64,000 nucleotides of DNA from Alphaproteobacteria bacterium RIFCSPLOWO2_01_FULL_40_26 (lineage in GTDB: Bacteria; Pseudomonadota; Alphaproteobacteria; Rickettsiales; UBA1997), in assembly GCA_001767955.1 (NCBI GenBank), contig MEMO01000016.1, forward strand, positions 39,404-103,403. Reading direction: 5' to 3'. The notes beneath the pieces are model-generated. The model made no database searches. It was not told the origin of the DNA and saw only the letters and a program-made list of their open reading frames with translations. Below, piece by piece: positions 28,078 to 37,727 of this stretch (within the stretch, counting starts at the first letter, position 1; each line of letters starts with the position of its first letter). The translations under genes and the position numbers were made by a program.

Positions 28078-28925
28078 CTTAAAAAATTAACAATACTCAA
28101 ACAAACTATCAAAACCCCTACAAAGGACATCAAAAATTTTGCTGGAAGTTTGGAGGTAATTTTGGCGGCAATTGGCGCAGCAATGATTCCGCCGATTATT
28201 AAACCGGCAACAATTTCCCAATGAGGAATGCCAATCAGCACAGTAAAGGAAAGTCCAGTAACAAGATTAACAAAAAATTCTGAAGCAGAAACCGATCCGA
28301 TAGTTTTCTTTGGTTCATGACCCGAGCCAAGCAAAGTGGTTGTGACAACAGGCCCCCAGCCTCCGCCACCAACAGAATCTACAAATCCGCCAACAAGGGC
28401 AAGAGGTATAATTTTTCTGCGCTTGATGATCATGTGAAAAGAAATTTTTCTGAAAGCCTTGATGAGAATATAAAAACCGATAACCAGCAAATATCCTGAA
28501 ACCCACGGCCTAACTATTGCAGCATCAATCGAGGTGATCAGCAGCGCTCCTAAAACTCCCCCGATAATTCCTGGAATTATCAGAGAACGAAAAAGCTTTC
28601 TGTTAAAATTTCCAGCTCGCCAATGGCTCAAACCTGAAGCGCCAGTAGTGAAAATTTCTGAAATATGAATGGCGCCGCTGGCAATTGCCGGCGCAATACC
28701 ATGCGCCATCAGAAAAGTGATCACAATAACACCATAAGCCATGCCCAGAGCACCATCAATCATCTGCGCCAAACAACCAATGAGAAAAGCTAAAATGAAG
28801 AATTCTTCGTTGAATCCTCCTGAATTATTCAGGGATAAAAAGATAACCAGAGCGGCTGCGGCAAGAACAAGCGCCGCAGCCGAAATATAAAAAAAACGAC
28901 TAGAATTTTTGGTTTCCGTCATCAA
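28074..28925 (-). CDS. TauE/SafE-family anion exporter membrane protein
   Basis: About 8 TM helices with internally duplicated Gly-rich segments typical of TauE/SafE. Confidence 0.7.
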   Translation of the reverse strand: MMTETKNSSRFFYISAAALVLAAAALVIFLSLNNSGGFNEEFFILAFLIGCLAQMIDGALGMAYGVIVITFLMAHGIAPAIASGAIHISEIFTTGASGLSHWRAGNFNRKLFRSLIIPGIIGGVLGALLITSIDAAIVRPWVSGYLLVIGFYILIKAFRKISFHMIIKRRKIIPLALVGGFVDSVGGGGWGPVVTTTLLGSGHEPKKTIGSVSASEFFVNLVTGLSFTVLIGIPHWEIVAGLIIGGIIAAPIAAKITSKLPAKFLMSFVGVLIVCLSIVNFLR

Positions 28926-31283
28926 TTAACTAAAAAACCCGCGACGCTTTCTTGGCGCTTCCTCGCGATCACCACCGCGATCACGATGGTCTCCTCTATC
29001 GCGACGATCTCCTCTTCTGTCATCGCGATCACGTCTATCGCGACGATCTTCGCGATCACCGCGGTCGGGACGATCAGAGCGATCACGATCTCCTCTATCA
29101 CGATCTCTGCCGCCACGTCTATCCTCGCGCCCGCCAGATTCTCTCTCATCAACATATTGCGGTTTGTTTTGCAGACGATCGGAAATATCTTCACCTGTTG
29201 CCTGATCAACACAACGATAGCTCAATTTTGGACGTCCCTTTTTGTCAAAACCGATGACTTTAACTTTGACGATATCGCCCTCATTGATGATGTCCTCGAC
29301 AAAATCAACGCGATATTCGGCCAGTTCGGAAATGTGAACAAAACCATCGCGATTGTTGGAAATGCTGATGAAAGCGCCAGCATCAATCACTTTTACCACC
29401 GGACCTTCGTAAATGTCGCCAATTTCAGGCTCGAAAGTAATGTCGCGAATCATTGCCATAGCTCTCTTGATTGCTTCACTGCTGCTTGCTGAAACCTTAA
29501 TCACGCCGCTATCCTCGATATCAACCGTAGCGCCGGAAACCGCACAGATTTCCTTGATAACCGCGCCGCGAGAACCAATTACGTCGCGAATTTTCTTTTG
29601 CGGAATTGTGATTATTTCAACCTTTGGAACATTGGCATTGAGCTCGGACCTTGGTTGAGACATTACTTCGTTCATTTTTCCAAGAATGTGCATTCTACCG
29701 GCATTGGCCTGTTCCAAAGCCCTTTGCATGATTTCGGCGGTAATGCCATTGATTTTGATGTCCATCTGCAAAGAGGTGATGCCATTGCTGGTTCCCGCCA
29801 CTTTAAAATCCATATCGCCGAGATGATCCTCATCACCCATGATGTCAGACAAAATCACATAATTTGAACCTTCCTTAATCAAACCCATGGCAATGCCTGA
29901 AACTGGGGCTTTGATAGGCACGCCGGCATCCATTAGGGCAAGAGAAGTTCCGCAAACCGTGGCCATTGAAGATGAGCCATTTGATTCAGTGATTTCAGAA
30001 ACAACGCGGATTGAATAGGAAAAATTTTCTCCCGAAGGCATCACTGGATTTAAAGCGCGCCAAGCCAATTTGCCATGACCAATTTCACGGCGTCCCGGGG
30101 CTCTGAGCTGGCCAACTTCACCAACCGAATAAGGCGGGAAGTTATAATGCAGCATAAAACCTTCTTCACGCATACCGGGATCAAGATCTTCGATCAACTG
30201 CCTGTCTTTGTTTGAGCCAAGAGTTGCAACTACTAAAGCCTGTGTTTCGCCACGAGTGAAAAGGGCGCAGCCATGAACTTGCGGCAAAATTCCGGTTTCA
30301 ACCACAATTGGGCGAATCTGATCGGTTTTACGGCCATCAATTCTTGTGCCATGTTTAAGCACATCATTGCGCACAATTTCCTGCGATAAAATTTTGAAAA
30401 TTGACTTAATCTTATTTTCATCAACGCCTTTTTCTTCATTGATAAATTTGGCCTTCACATCACTAAAAATTTGATCGAGTTCGGAAACACGAACTTGCTT
30501 CTCTTGCTTTTTGTAAGCAGCAATCAGGCGATCGCCGATAAAATTGGCGATGTCATTTTTAAGTGCTGAATTGTCATTTTGCGGAACCGCAATTTTTTTC
30601 TTACCAGCAGCAGATTTGAGATCTTTGATCATCGCAATTATTGGCTGGAAGGCTTGATGTCCAAAATTTACCGCATCAAGCATTTGGCTTTCTGTTAGTT
30701 CTTTAGCTTCAGATTCGATCATCAAAACTGAACTTTCTGTGCCAGCAACTATCAAATCCAGGCGGCTATTTTTAAGCTCTTCAGCACTAGGATTAATGAC
30801 AAATTGATCATTAACAAAGCCAACTCTAATTCCCGCAATCGGCTCCAAAAATGGCGCTTCGGAAATTGCAAGAGCGGCAGAAGCGCCAATCAATGCAACA
30901 ATATCGGGGGTGCAGGCCGCATCATAAGAAAGCAGAGTGCAGACCACATTGACTTCATTATAAAAATTTGACGGAAAAAGCGGACGAATCGGACGATCAA
31001 TCAAGCGCGAAGTCAGAGTTGCAACATCTGAAGGTTTGGCTTCGCGTTTAAAAAAGCCACCGGGGATTTTTCCGCCGGCATAATATTTTTCGATATAATT
31101 TACGGTTAAAGGAAGAAAATCCACACCATCAAGAGGCTTTTGCGCAACAGTCACCGCACAAAGCACGGTGGTATTTCCATATTTTGCAACAACTGAGCCG
31201 CCGGCTTGACGAGCTATTTTTCCGGTTTCAAGCGATAGAATTTTTCCATTCCATTCGATTTCTTTTTTTACAACATTGAACAT
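28926..31283 (-). CDS. pnp: polyribonucleotide nucleotidyltransferase (PNPase) with an Arg/Asp-rich C-terminal tail of about 75 aa
   Basis: Two RNase PH domains, KH and S1 (FVHISELAEYRV), then RESGGREDRRGGRDRDRGDRDRSDRPDRGDREDRRDRRDRDDRRGDRRDRGDHRDRGGDREE. Confidence 0.97.
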   Translation of the reverse strand: MFNVVKKEIEWNGKILSLETGKIARQAGGSVVAKYGNTTVLCAVTVAQKPLDGVDFLPLTVNYIEKYYAGGKIPGGFFKREAKPSDVATLTSRLIDRPIRPLFPSNFYNEVNVVCTLLSYDAACTPDIVALIGASAALAISEAPFLEPIAGIRVGFVNDQFVINPSAEELKNSRLDLIVAGTESSVLMIESEAKELTESQMLDAVNFGHQAFQPIIAMIKDLKSAAGKKKIAVPQNDNSALKNDIANFIGDRLIAAYKKQEKQVRVSELDQIFSDVKAKFINEEKGVDENKIKSIFKILSQEIVRNDVLKHGTRIDGRKTDQIRPIVVETGILPQVHGCALFTRGETQALVVATLGSNKDRQLIEDLDPGMREEGFMLHYNFPPYSVGEVGQLRAPGRREIGHGKLAWRALNPVMPSGENFSYSIRVVSEITESNGSSSMATVCGTSLALMDAGVPIKAPVSGIAMGLIKEGSNYVILSDIMGDEDHLGDMDFKVAGTSNGITSLQMDIKINGITAEIMQRALEQANAGRMHILGKMNEVMSQPRSELNANVPKVEIITIPQKKIRDVIGSRGAVIKEICAVSGATVDIEDSGVIKVSASSSEAIKRAMAMIRDITFEPEIGDIYEGPVVKVIDAGAFISISNNRDGFVHISELAEYRVDFVEDIINEGDIVKVKVIGFDKKGRPKLSYRCVDQATGEDISDRLQNKPQYVDERESGGREDRRGGRDRDRGDRDRSDRPDRGDREDRRDRRDRDDRRGDRRDRGDHRDRGGDREEAPRKRRGFFS

Positions 31284-31349
31284 AGTTTCAGCTTTTAAAG
31301 TTAAGTTAATAAAGGAGGATTAAAACAGCGCCAAGCAACACACCGGACA

Positions 31350-31619
31350 CTATTTTCTGATATCAAGTTTTACGATTAAATCATCATAACATTTCTGGTC
31401 AGACTTCTTGAGGTAATCAAGCAATCTTCTTCTCTTACCGACCAAAATCAGCAAACCACGACGCGAAGAAAAATCTTTTTTGTGAGTTTTTAGATGTTCG
31501 GTTAAATTATTAATCTGTCTGGTTAGAACAGCGCATTGCACATCGACTGAACCAGTATCATTTTTAACCTTGGCAAATTCAGCTACGATTTCTTTTTTTG
31601 ATTTAGTAAGAAGCGACAT
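31350..31619 (-). CDS. rpsO: 30S ribosomal protein S15
   Basis: 89 aa, [32 protein letters not shown]. Confidence 0.95.
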   Translation of the reverse strand: MSLLTKSKKEIVAEFAKVKNDTGSVDVQCAVLTRQINNLTEHLKTHKKDFSSRRGLLILVGKRRRLLDYLKKSDQKCYDDLIVKLDIRK

Positions 31620-31644
31620 TTTTGAAGTTTATTTCTCTCTGATT

Positions 31645-31706
31645 CTAAAAGACTTTTCTAAAGACTTTTCTAAAGACTTTTCTAAAGGACTTTTCTAAAG
31701 GACTTC
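31645..31706. repeat. tandem repeat, about 5 copies of a 12-13 nt unit (TAAAGACTTTTC)
   Basis: ctaaaagacttttctaaagacttttctaaagacttttctaaaggacttttctaaaggacttcg in the truB-rpsO spacer. Confidence 0.9.
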
Positions 31707-31708
31707 GT

Positions 31709-32428
31709 TTAGACATCCTGCATCAAGAGCAGCGACCCGTCAGAAAAACGGCCGCCATAAGTAGCGATGGATTTTAAGGCGTCAAGAGAAATTGTTTTTT
31801 CATAAAAAAACTTTCCGACTTGCAGACGAATCAATTGTGAAACAAAACCGCACACACCGGCTTCTTTGCAGATATCGCGCGCTAATGAGCGGATATAAGT
31901 TCCTTTTGAACATTCAACTTCAAGCTCGGCAAATTCAGAATTATTTTCGAATAATTTTAGTGAAAAAATTTCCACTGCGCGAGCAGGAATTTCAAATGCA
32001 ATACCTTTGCGGGCCATATTGTAAGCACGTTCACCATTAATTTTTATTGCTGAAAATCGCGAAGGATGTTGTAAAATTTTTCCGACAAAAAATGGCAAAA
32101 CCGAAATTAATTTTTCTGTTGTTGGTCGCATCAAGCTAGATTCTACGCATTTTCCTTCAACATCATCAGTATCGCGAAACTCACCAAAAGTTATGCGAAA
32201 AAAATATTTTTTTTGCGCCGACATCAATTTTTCAGAGGTTTTTGTTGCCTTATTTAAAGCAATCGGAAGCACGCCAAAAGCAAATGGATCAAGCGTTCCA
32301 CCATGACCAACTTTTTTTGCACCGGTAATTTTTTTAACTATCGCAACAGTTTTGGCAGAAGAAAAGCCGATGGGTTTGTCAATATTAAGCCAGAGATTTT
32401 GTTCAGAAAGTTTACACCGTGTTTGCAC
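31709..32428 (-). CDS. truB: tRNA pseudouridine(55) synthase TruB (short, 239 aa)
   Basis: GHGGTLDPFAFGVLPIAL catalytic motif, GTYIRSLARD. Ends soon after the catalytic domain. The start overlaps the atpG stop by 17 nt. Confidence 0.9.
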   Translation of the reverse strand: MQTRCKLSEQNLWLNIDKPIGFSSAKTVAIVKKITGAKKVGHGGTLDPFAFGVLPIALNKATKTSEKLMSAQKKYFFRITFGEFRDTDDVEGKCVESSLMRPTTEKLISVLPFFVGKILQHPSRFSAIKINGERAYNMARKGIAFEIPARAVEIFSLKLFENNSEFAELEVECSKGTYIRSLARDICKEAGVCGFVSQLIRLQVGKFFYEKTISLDALKSIATYGGRFSDGSLLLMQDV

Positions 32429-33311
32429 CAGAGATGATATCGATCAGTTCTTTCGTAATATTCGCTTGCCTTGTGCGGTTATAGACCAATGTCAAATTTT
32501 TGATCATCTTGCCGGCATTGTTGGTTGCGGCTTCCATCGCCGCCATTCTGGCTCCCTGTTCAGAAGCGCTATTTTCGAGAAGCTCATTGTAAATCTGCAT
32601 TGCCACATTTTTAGGCAAGAGTTCGGATAAAACCTCTTCTTCACCTGGCTCGTAGCGCACCGGAGATTCAAAACTATTTGAATTGGCGTTTGAATTGGAT
32701 TTAAACGAGATCAAAGCTGGAATAATCTGCTTGCAAACCTGTTCCTGCGCGATTGCCGATTTGAATTTGCTGTAAATCGCCTCACAAACATCAAACTGTT
32801 TTTCATTGAAAAAATTGGTTAATTTTTCTGCCAATCCTTCAGCTGATTTATGGGTGATTACACTTTTAAAAATTCCGGAAACATGCTCGATTATCTGCTG
32901 GCCATAAGCTGATTTGAGCTGCTCATAAGCTTTACGACCGACGCAAAAAATTTTTACTTCATAACCTTGTGCAACCAAAGCATTAATGCGGCTCTTGGCA
33001 AACTTCACCGTAGCGCTATTCAAACCGCCACACAAACCACGATCAGAGGAAATGATTGCGATCAGATAAGTTTGTGACTTGTTTCTGCCGGTTAGTAGCG
33101 GAAATTTTTCATTGAAATTGTCGCGCACTGAAACATTTCCCGCAATTGTTGTGATCATTTCATGTAGTTTTTCAGCGTAGGGACGGGAAGCTTCAACCGC
33201 ATGCTTGGCCTTTTTTAAACGCGACGCCGCAACCATCTTCATGGCTTTGGTCATCTTCTGCGTCGATTTGACTGACTTAATCCTGATTTTGAGAGTTTTT
33301 AGATTGGCCAT
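32412..33311 (-). CDS. atpG: F0F1 ATP synthase gamma subunit
   Basis: MANLKTLKIRIKSVKSTQKMTKAMKMVAASRL and C-terminal ITKELIDIISGA. Confidence 0.95.
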   Translation of the reverse strand: MANLKTLKIRIKSVKSTQKMTKAMKMVAASRLKKAKHAVEASRPYAEKLHEMITTIAGNVSVRDNFNEKFPLLTGRNKSQTYLIAIISSDRGLCGGLNSATVKFAKSRINALVAQGYEVKIFCVGRKAYEQLKSAYGQQIIEHVSGIFKSVITHKSAEGLAEKLTNFFNEKQFDVCEAIYSKFKSAIAQEQVCKQIIPALISFKSNSNANSNSFESPVRYEPGEEEVLSELLPKNVAMQIYNELLENSASEQGARMAAMEAATNNAGKMIKNLTLVYNRTRQANITKELIDIISGANTV

Positions 33312-33316
33312 CTCGA

Positions 33317-34849
33317 CTACTGCAAAAACACTTTCAAAAACTCTTCAATTGCCTTTTTTAGCTTGGCCTCATTGGCTTCAGTAATTTTTTGCTCCTCTTT
33401 AATCGAAGCTAAAATTTCTGAATGGGAAGCGTGAAGTTTGCGCAAAAATTCTTTTTCGAATTTAGTCACTTCTTTTGCCGGAACTTTGTCGAGATAACCT
33501 TTCACACCGACATAAATTGAAACAACCTGTTCTTCAAAACCCATTGGTGAATATTGATTTTGCTTGAGGAGTTCGGTTAATTTGCGCCCCTTATCGAGCA
33601 ATTTTTGTGTTGCCGCGTCGAGATCAGAACCAAATTGTGCGAAAGCTTCAAGTTCACGAAACTGCGCCAAATCTAGCTTGATTGTGCCTGCAACCTGTTT
33701 CATCGCTTTTGTTTGCGCTGCCGAACCTACACGGGAAACCGACAGACCAACATTAACCGCCGGCTTAATGCCTTTGTAGAAAAGCTCAGTTTCAAGGAAA
33801 ATCTGCCCGTCAGTAATTGAGATTACGTTGGTTGGAATGTAGGCCGAAACATCTCCGGCTTGAGTTTCAATAATCGGCAAAGCGGTGAGCGAACCGCCGC
33901 CGCAAGCATCGGACATTTTCGCCGCGCGTTCAAGAAGGCGTGAATGGATGTAGAACACATCGCCGGGATAAGCCTCGCGTCCAGGCGGCCTGCGAAGCAA
34001 TAATGACATCTCGCGATAAGCTACGGCATGCTTGCTCAAATCATCATAAGCAACCAAAGCATGCATGCCATTATCGCGGAAAAATTCGCCAATTGTGCAA
34101 CCGGTGTAAGGCGCAAAAAATTGCAATGCGGCCGCTTCAGAAGCGGTTGCAGAAACTACCACCGAATATTTCATCGCGCCGGCATCTTCCAAAGTTTTTA
34201 CAATTTGTGCTACGGTTGAACGTTTTTGTCCAATAGCGACATAGATGCAGTAAAGTTTTTTCTTCTCGTCATTTTCATCATGGGCTTTGGCTTGATTGAT
34301 GAAGGTGTCAATAACAATAGCGGTTTTGCCGGTTTGACGATCGCCAATAATCAATTCGCGTTGACCACGACCAATCGGAATCAAACTGTCAATTGCTTTG
34401 ATGCCGGTTTGCATCGGTTCGGAAACTGATTGACGCGCGACAATTCCTGGCGCCTTCACCTCAACGCGACGATATTCAACATTGCGCAAAGAGCCCTTGC
34501 CATCAATTGGATTGCCAAGCGCGTCAACAACACGGCCGAGCAGACCTTTGCCAACTGGAACTTCAACGATTTTTCCAGTTCTTTTTACATTCGAACCTTC
34601 CCTGATTTTTTCGGAATTGCCGAAAATTACGATACCGACATTGTCGGCTTCAAGATTGAGGGCCATGCCTTTTATGCCACCATCAAACTCAACAAGCTCA
34701 CCGGCTTGAACCTTGTCCAAACCATAAACTTTGGCGATACCGTCCCCGACTTTAATGACTTCACCAATCTCTTTTAGCTCAGCTACACTGTGAAAATTTT
34801 CGACAGTTTTTTGCAGGATGTTTGAGAATTCTTCGATTTTAAATTCCAT
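33317..34849 (-). CDS. atpA: F0F1 ATP synthase alpha subunit
   Basis: [10 protein letters not shown] Walker A, full length 510 aa. Confidence 0.97.
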   Translation of the reverse strand: MEFKIEEFSNILQKTVENFHSVAELKEIGEVIKVGDGIAKVYGLDKVQAGELVEFDGGIKGMALNLEADNVGIVIFGNSEKIREGSNVKRTGKIVEVPVGKGLLGRVVDALGNPIDGKGSLRNVEYRRVEVKAPGIVARQSVSEPMQTGIKAIDSLIPIGRGQRELIIGDRQTGKTAIVIDTFINQAKAHDENDEKKKLYCIYVAIGQKRSTVAQIVKTLEDAGAMKYSVVVSATASEAAALQFFAPYTGCTIGEFFRDNGMHALVAYDDLSKHAVAYREMSLLLRRPPGREAYPGDVFYIHSRLLERAAKMSDACGGGSLTALPIIETQAGDVSAYIPTNVISITDGQIFLETELFYKGIKPAVNVGLSVSRVGSAAQTKAMKQVAGTIKLDLAQFRELEAFAQFGSDLDAATQKLLDKGRKLTELLKQNQYSPMGFEEQVVSIYVGVKGYLDKVPAKEVTKFEKEFLRKLHASHSEILASIKEEQKITEANEAKLKKAIEEFLKVFLQ

Positions 34850-34881
34850 ATGATTTTGTAGTTTAGCTTGATAGTGAGCGT

Positions 34882-35430
34882 CTAGTTAATGGCAGCAAGG
34901 CATTCTTTCTGTAGTTTTTCAAACTGACTTTTGAGGCTGGCATCAATCACTTCTGATCCAATTTTGATTTGAATCCCGCCTAAAATTTTTTCCTTAATGG
35001 TTTCCTTGATGGCGACGGTTTTTCCGGGATATTTTTTTTCAATCAGAATTTTAACGCGATCAAGTTGTGATTTTTTTGGCTTCACTGCCGCAATCACTTC
35101 AACTTCAAGGATGTTTTTATATGCTTTCACCAATCGTGAAAATTCTTCGTAAATTTCCGGAAACAAATTCAAGCGGCGATTGCGCACAATAGAGGCAAAG
35201 AAATTTGAGGTTAATGCGCCAAGCTCAAATTTTTTTGTCACCTCGCTGATGATATGAACCAGATCGGTTCTTGCGATCACCGGATTTTTCAATTCATGAG
35301 CAAAGCTGGTGGAAAAATTTTGCTTAAATACTTCGAGTTCTGAAGCAACTTTATCGAGAGAATTATTCTTTCTTGCCGCAACAAATAAGGCTTTGGCATA
35401 ATTCTTGGCAACAACTGAAATTCTTGGCAT
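34882..35430 (-). CDS. atpH: F0F1 ATP synthase delta (OSCP) subunit
   Basis: About 180 aa, NYAKALF start motif, position upstream of atpA. Confidence 0.88.
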   Translation of the reverse strand: MPRISVVAKNYAKALFVAARKNNSLDKVASELEVFKQNFSTSFAHELKNPVIARTDLVHIISEVTKKFELGALTSNFFASIVRNRRLNLFPEIYEEFSRLVKAYKNILEVEVIAAVKPKKSQLDRVKILIEKKYPGKTVAIKETIKEKILGGIQIKIGSEVIDASLKSQFEKLQKECLAAIN

Positions 35431-35562
35431 GTGAAGAAGATGTTTGAGGATTTGGCTCTAAATTGAAGGCGCGGCAAGGTAGTCTCCAAAAAATAAAATG
35501 CAACTTGCGTTATTTTAGAAGACATGGGGGTTAAATGAAGAGTTTGACGAATACCGCCTTCT

Positions 35563-36480
35563 CTATTTCCCGCCCCCTAAAAACGCGTAAGAAAGAATTT
35601 TATAACAAAGCTTCGCCGCTAGAAAATCGCAGGAATGAAGTTGTTTTATTGGCGCAAGCTCAACCACATCAGCGCCAACAAATTTGGAAATTTTGCCAGC
35701 TTCGCGGATGATATCGAGCGCGTCTTCCCACATCACGCCTCCTGGTTCCGGCGTGCCGGTTGCCTGCATTAAACTTGAATCAAATCCATCCAAATCAAAG
35801 GTAACAAAAACCGGACGATTTTTTAGCGGCGCAACAATTTTTTTTGCGTCCCATTTTCTTTTGTCTTTACCAAAGTGAATGGCGATGCGGTGGCGATTGG
35901 CTTCAAGATACGGAATTTCACTCGCGGAAATATTTCTGATGCCACATGAAATCAGTGTTGAAATCGGATAATCCATAACACGACGAAGCGCTGAAGCATG
36001 CGAATAATGCTCGCCATCATAACCATCGCGCAAATCGGCATGGGCATCAAAATGCAAAATTGCCAGATCGGGATATTTTTTGACGAAAGGCCGAATTGAG
36101 CCGGCGGTAATTGAATGCTCACCGCCAAGAATCAGCGGAAACTTTCCCGCTGCCAAAATTTTTTCTGTGATTTTTTCGAGCTGCTTCAGGGATTTTACAA
36201 CGGACGCGTGATCAATTTTTTGCTCTTTCATCGTCACCACGCCATATTTGCGAAAAGGTTCGCACCAAAATTCTTCATCAAAAAGCTCAACTTGCTTTGA
36301 GGCTTTGATAATGGCTGCAGGCCCTTTAGACGTACCTCCGCCATAGCTCACCGATTTTTCCAAACCAAATGGCACGACAACAACTTTTGCGTCATCAAGC
36401 GATTTCAGATATTTTTCTTCAATGCCAAGAAAGCCGGATTTTTGCGGTAGAAGATTTGAGAGAACAAAATTTTTGGTCAT
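35563..36480 (-). CDS. speB: agmatinase (ureohydrolase family)
   Basis: GGEHSIT, HFDAHADLRD, TFDLDGFD and EPGG manganese-site motifs. Confidence 0.85.
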   Translation of the reverse strand: MTKNFVLSNLLPQKSGFLGIEEKYLKSLDDAKVVVVPFGLEKSVSYGGGTSKGPAAIIKASKQVELFDEEFWCEPFRKYGVVTMKEQKIDHASVVKSLKQLEKITEKILAAGKFPLILGGEHSITAGSIRPFVKKYPDLAILHFDAHADLRDGYDGEHYSHASALRRVMDYPISTLISCGIRNISASEIPYLEANRHRIAIHFGKDKRKWDAKKIVAPLKNRPVFVTFDLDGFDSSLMQATGTPEPGGVMWEDALDIIREAGKISKFVGADVVELAPIKQLHSCDFLAAKLCYKILSYAFLGGGK

Positions 36481-37670
36481 AAAAAATTCAAAACATTAAC
36501 ATGTCCCATCTTGCGCCCGGCAACAATTTTCTCTTTGCCGTAAAGATGAATTTTTGCACGCGGATTTTTGTAAAATTTGTCCAGATTTTTTACTTCATCG
36601 CCGATTAAATTTTTCATAAAACCGCAAGAATGAAATTTTGTTGAACCAAGCGGAAGAGCAGTAATAGCGCGGATCAATTGCTCAAATTGTGAAGTAACCG
36701 CCCCATCCATCGAAAAATGTCCGGAGTTGTGCGGTCTTGGCGCCAACTCATTTACGAGCAATTCACTGCCAACAACAAAAAATTCAACCGCCAAAATTCC
36801 AACCAAATTAATTTCTTTGGCAATTTTTTTTGCCAGGCTTTGCGCCTTTATTCTCAAGCCTTTTGGGATTTGTGCCGGATAAAAACTTTGATCCAAAATG
36901 CCGTTTTTGTGAATGTTGGTTAACGGCTCATAAGCAGCAATTTCACCATTTTTTGAACGCGCAACTATCACCGAAATTTCCGAATCAAATGGACAAAATT
37001 TTTCCAGAATTAATTTTGGACCCCGCAACAAGTGCGGGGTGACAGGCTTCGGAGTGATGCTAGCGCTTGTCACCCCGCACTTGTTGCTTGTCACCCCGCA
37101 CTTGTTGCTTGTCACCCCGCACTTGTTGCTTGTCACCCCGCACTTGTTGCGGGGTCCATCTATCAAACTACTCCAGACTCTATCAGCATCCACAGCGTTT
37201 TTCAAAACAAACTGCCCCTTGCCATCATAACCCATCATGGCGGTTTTTAAAATGGCTTTGCCAAATTTTTTTAGATTTTTTTGCAGAACTTCACGACTTG
37301 GAATTTCAGCATATTCCGTGGCTTTTATGCCAATCGAATTAAGAAAATTTTTTTCCAAAATACGATTTTGTGTGATTTTTAAAATTTGCGGCTTCGGACA
37401 GACTTCAACTTGTGAAGCAAGATAATCAGCGGTTTCAAAAGGGATATTTTCAAATTCAAAAGTGGCGATATCGACCATCTTGCTAAATTTTTTCAGCGCC
37501 ATTTTGTCGGAATAATCAGCATTGATTATTTGATTGGTTACAAAACTCGCCGGAGAATTTTTTTGATCGCTAAACACAACGCTGCGAAAGCCCATCATAT
37601 GCGCATAAAAACAGGTCATGCGTCCCAATTGCCCGCCGCCAATGATACCAATGGTTGTGATTTTTTTCAT
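36477..37670 (-). CDS. purK: N5-carboxyaminoimidazole ribonucleotide synthase carrying an in-frame 47-codon repeat insertion
   Basis: ATG 37670 gives MKKITTIGIIGGGQLGRM. ATP-grasp core GYDGKGQ and C-terminal HLYGK...GRKMGHV. The insert GPRNKCGVTS(NKCGVTS)x3...VTPHLLRGP is encoded by repeat B2. Confidence 0.9.
   Translation of the reverse strand: MKKITTIGIIGGGQLGRMTCFYAHMMGFRSVVFSDQKNSPASFVTNQIINADYSDKMALKKFSKMVDIATFEFENIPFETADYLASQVEVCPKPQILKITQNRILEKNFLNSIGIKATEYAEIPSREVLQKNLKKFGKAILKTAMMGYDGKGQFVLKNAVDADRVWSSLIDGPRNKCGVTSNKCGVTSNKCGVTSNKCGVTSASITPKPVTPHLLRGPKLILEKFCPFDSEISVIVARSKNGEIAAYEPLTNIHKNGILDQSFYPAQIPKGLRIKAQSLAKKIAKEINLVGILAVEFFVVGSELLVNELAPRPHNSGHFSMDGAVTSQFEQLIRAITALPLGSTKFHSCGFMKNLIGDEVKNLDKFYKNPRAKIHLYGKEKIVAGRKMGHVNVLNFL
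37018..37158. repeat. palindromic repeat family B, copy B2, with a 4x 21-nt internal tandem array, inside purK
   Basis: ggaccccgcaacaagtgcggggtgac...(cttgtcaccccgcacttgttg)x4...cggggtcc, about 141 bp (47 codons). Confidence 0.92.
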
Positions 37671-37727
37671 AGCTTCAAAGAGAAAGCGCGGCAAGCTAGG
37701 AAGTGAGACAACATTTTCAACAAATTT

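Noticed and set aside
28952-29867. Several plus-strand ORFs (28952..29257, 28986..29492, 29413..29658, 29598..29867) and the minus-strand ORF 28922..29212
   Set aside because: All lie within or antisense to the pnp gene. The ones at the 3' end are products of the low-complexity R/D-coding repeat, which is stop-poor in several frames.
37060-37150. Four evenly spaced direct repeats (cttgtcaccccgcacttgttg) that look like a CRISPR array at first glance
   Set aside because: The repeats are contiguous 21-nt tandem units with no spacers. They lie inside the purK ORF and are part of palindromic family B. No cas genes or leader are present.
36717-37425. Cluster of plus-strand ORFs antisense to purK (for example 37032..37250 and 37067..37342, with repeated HPALVAC / SPRTCCL peptides)
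   Set aside because: These are antisense translations of the family B tandem array inside a well-supported purK gene.
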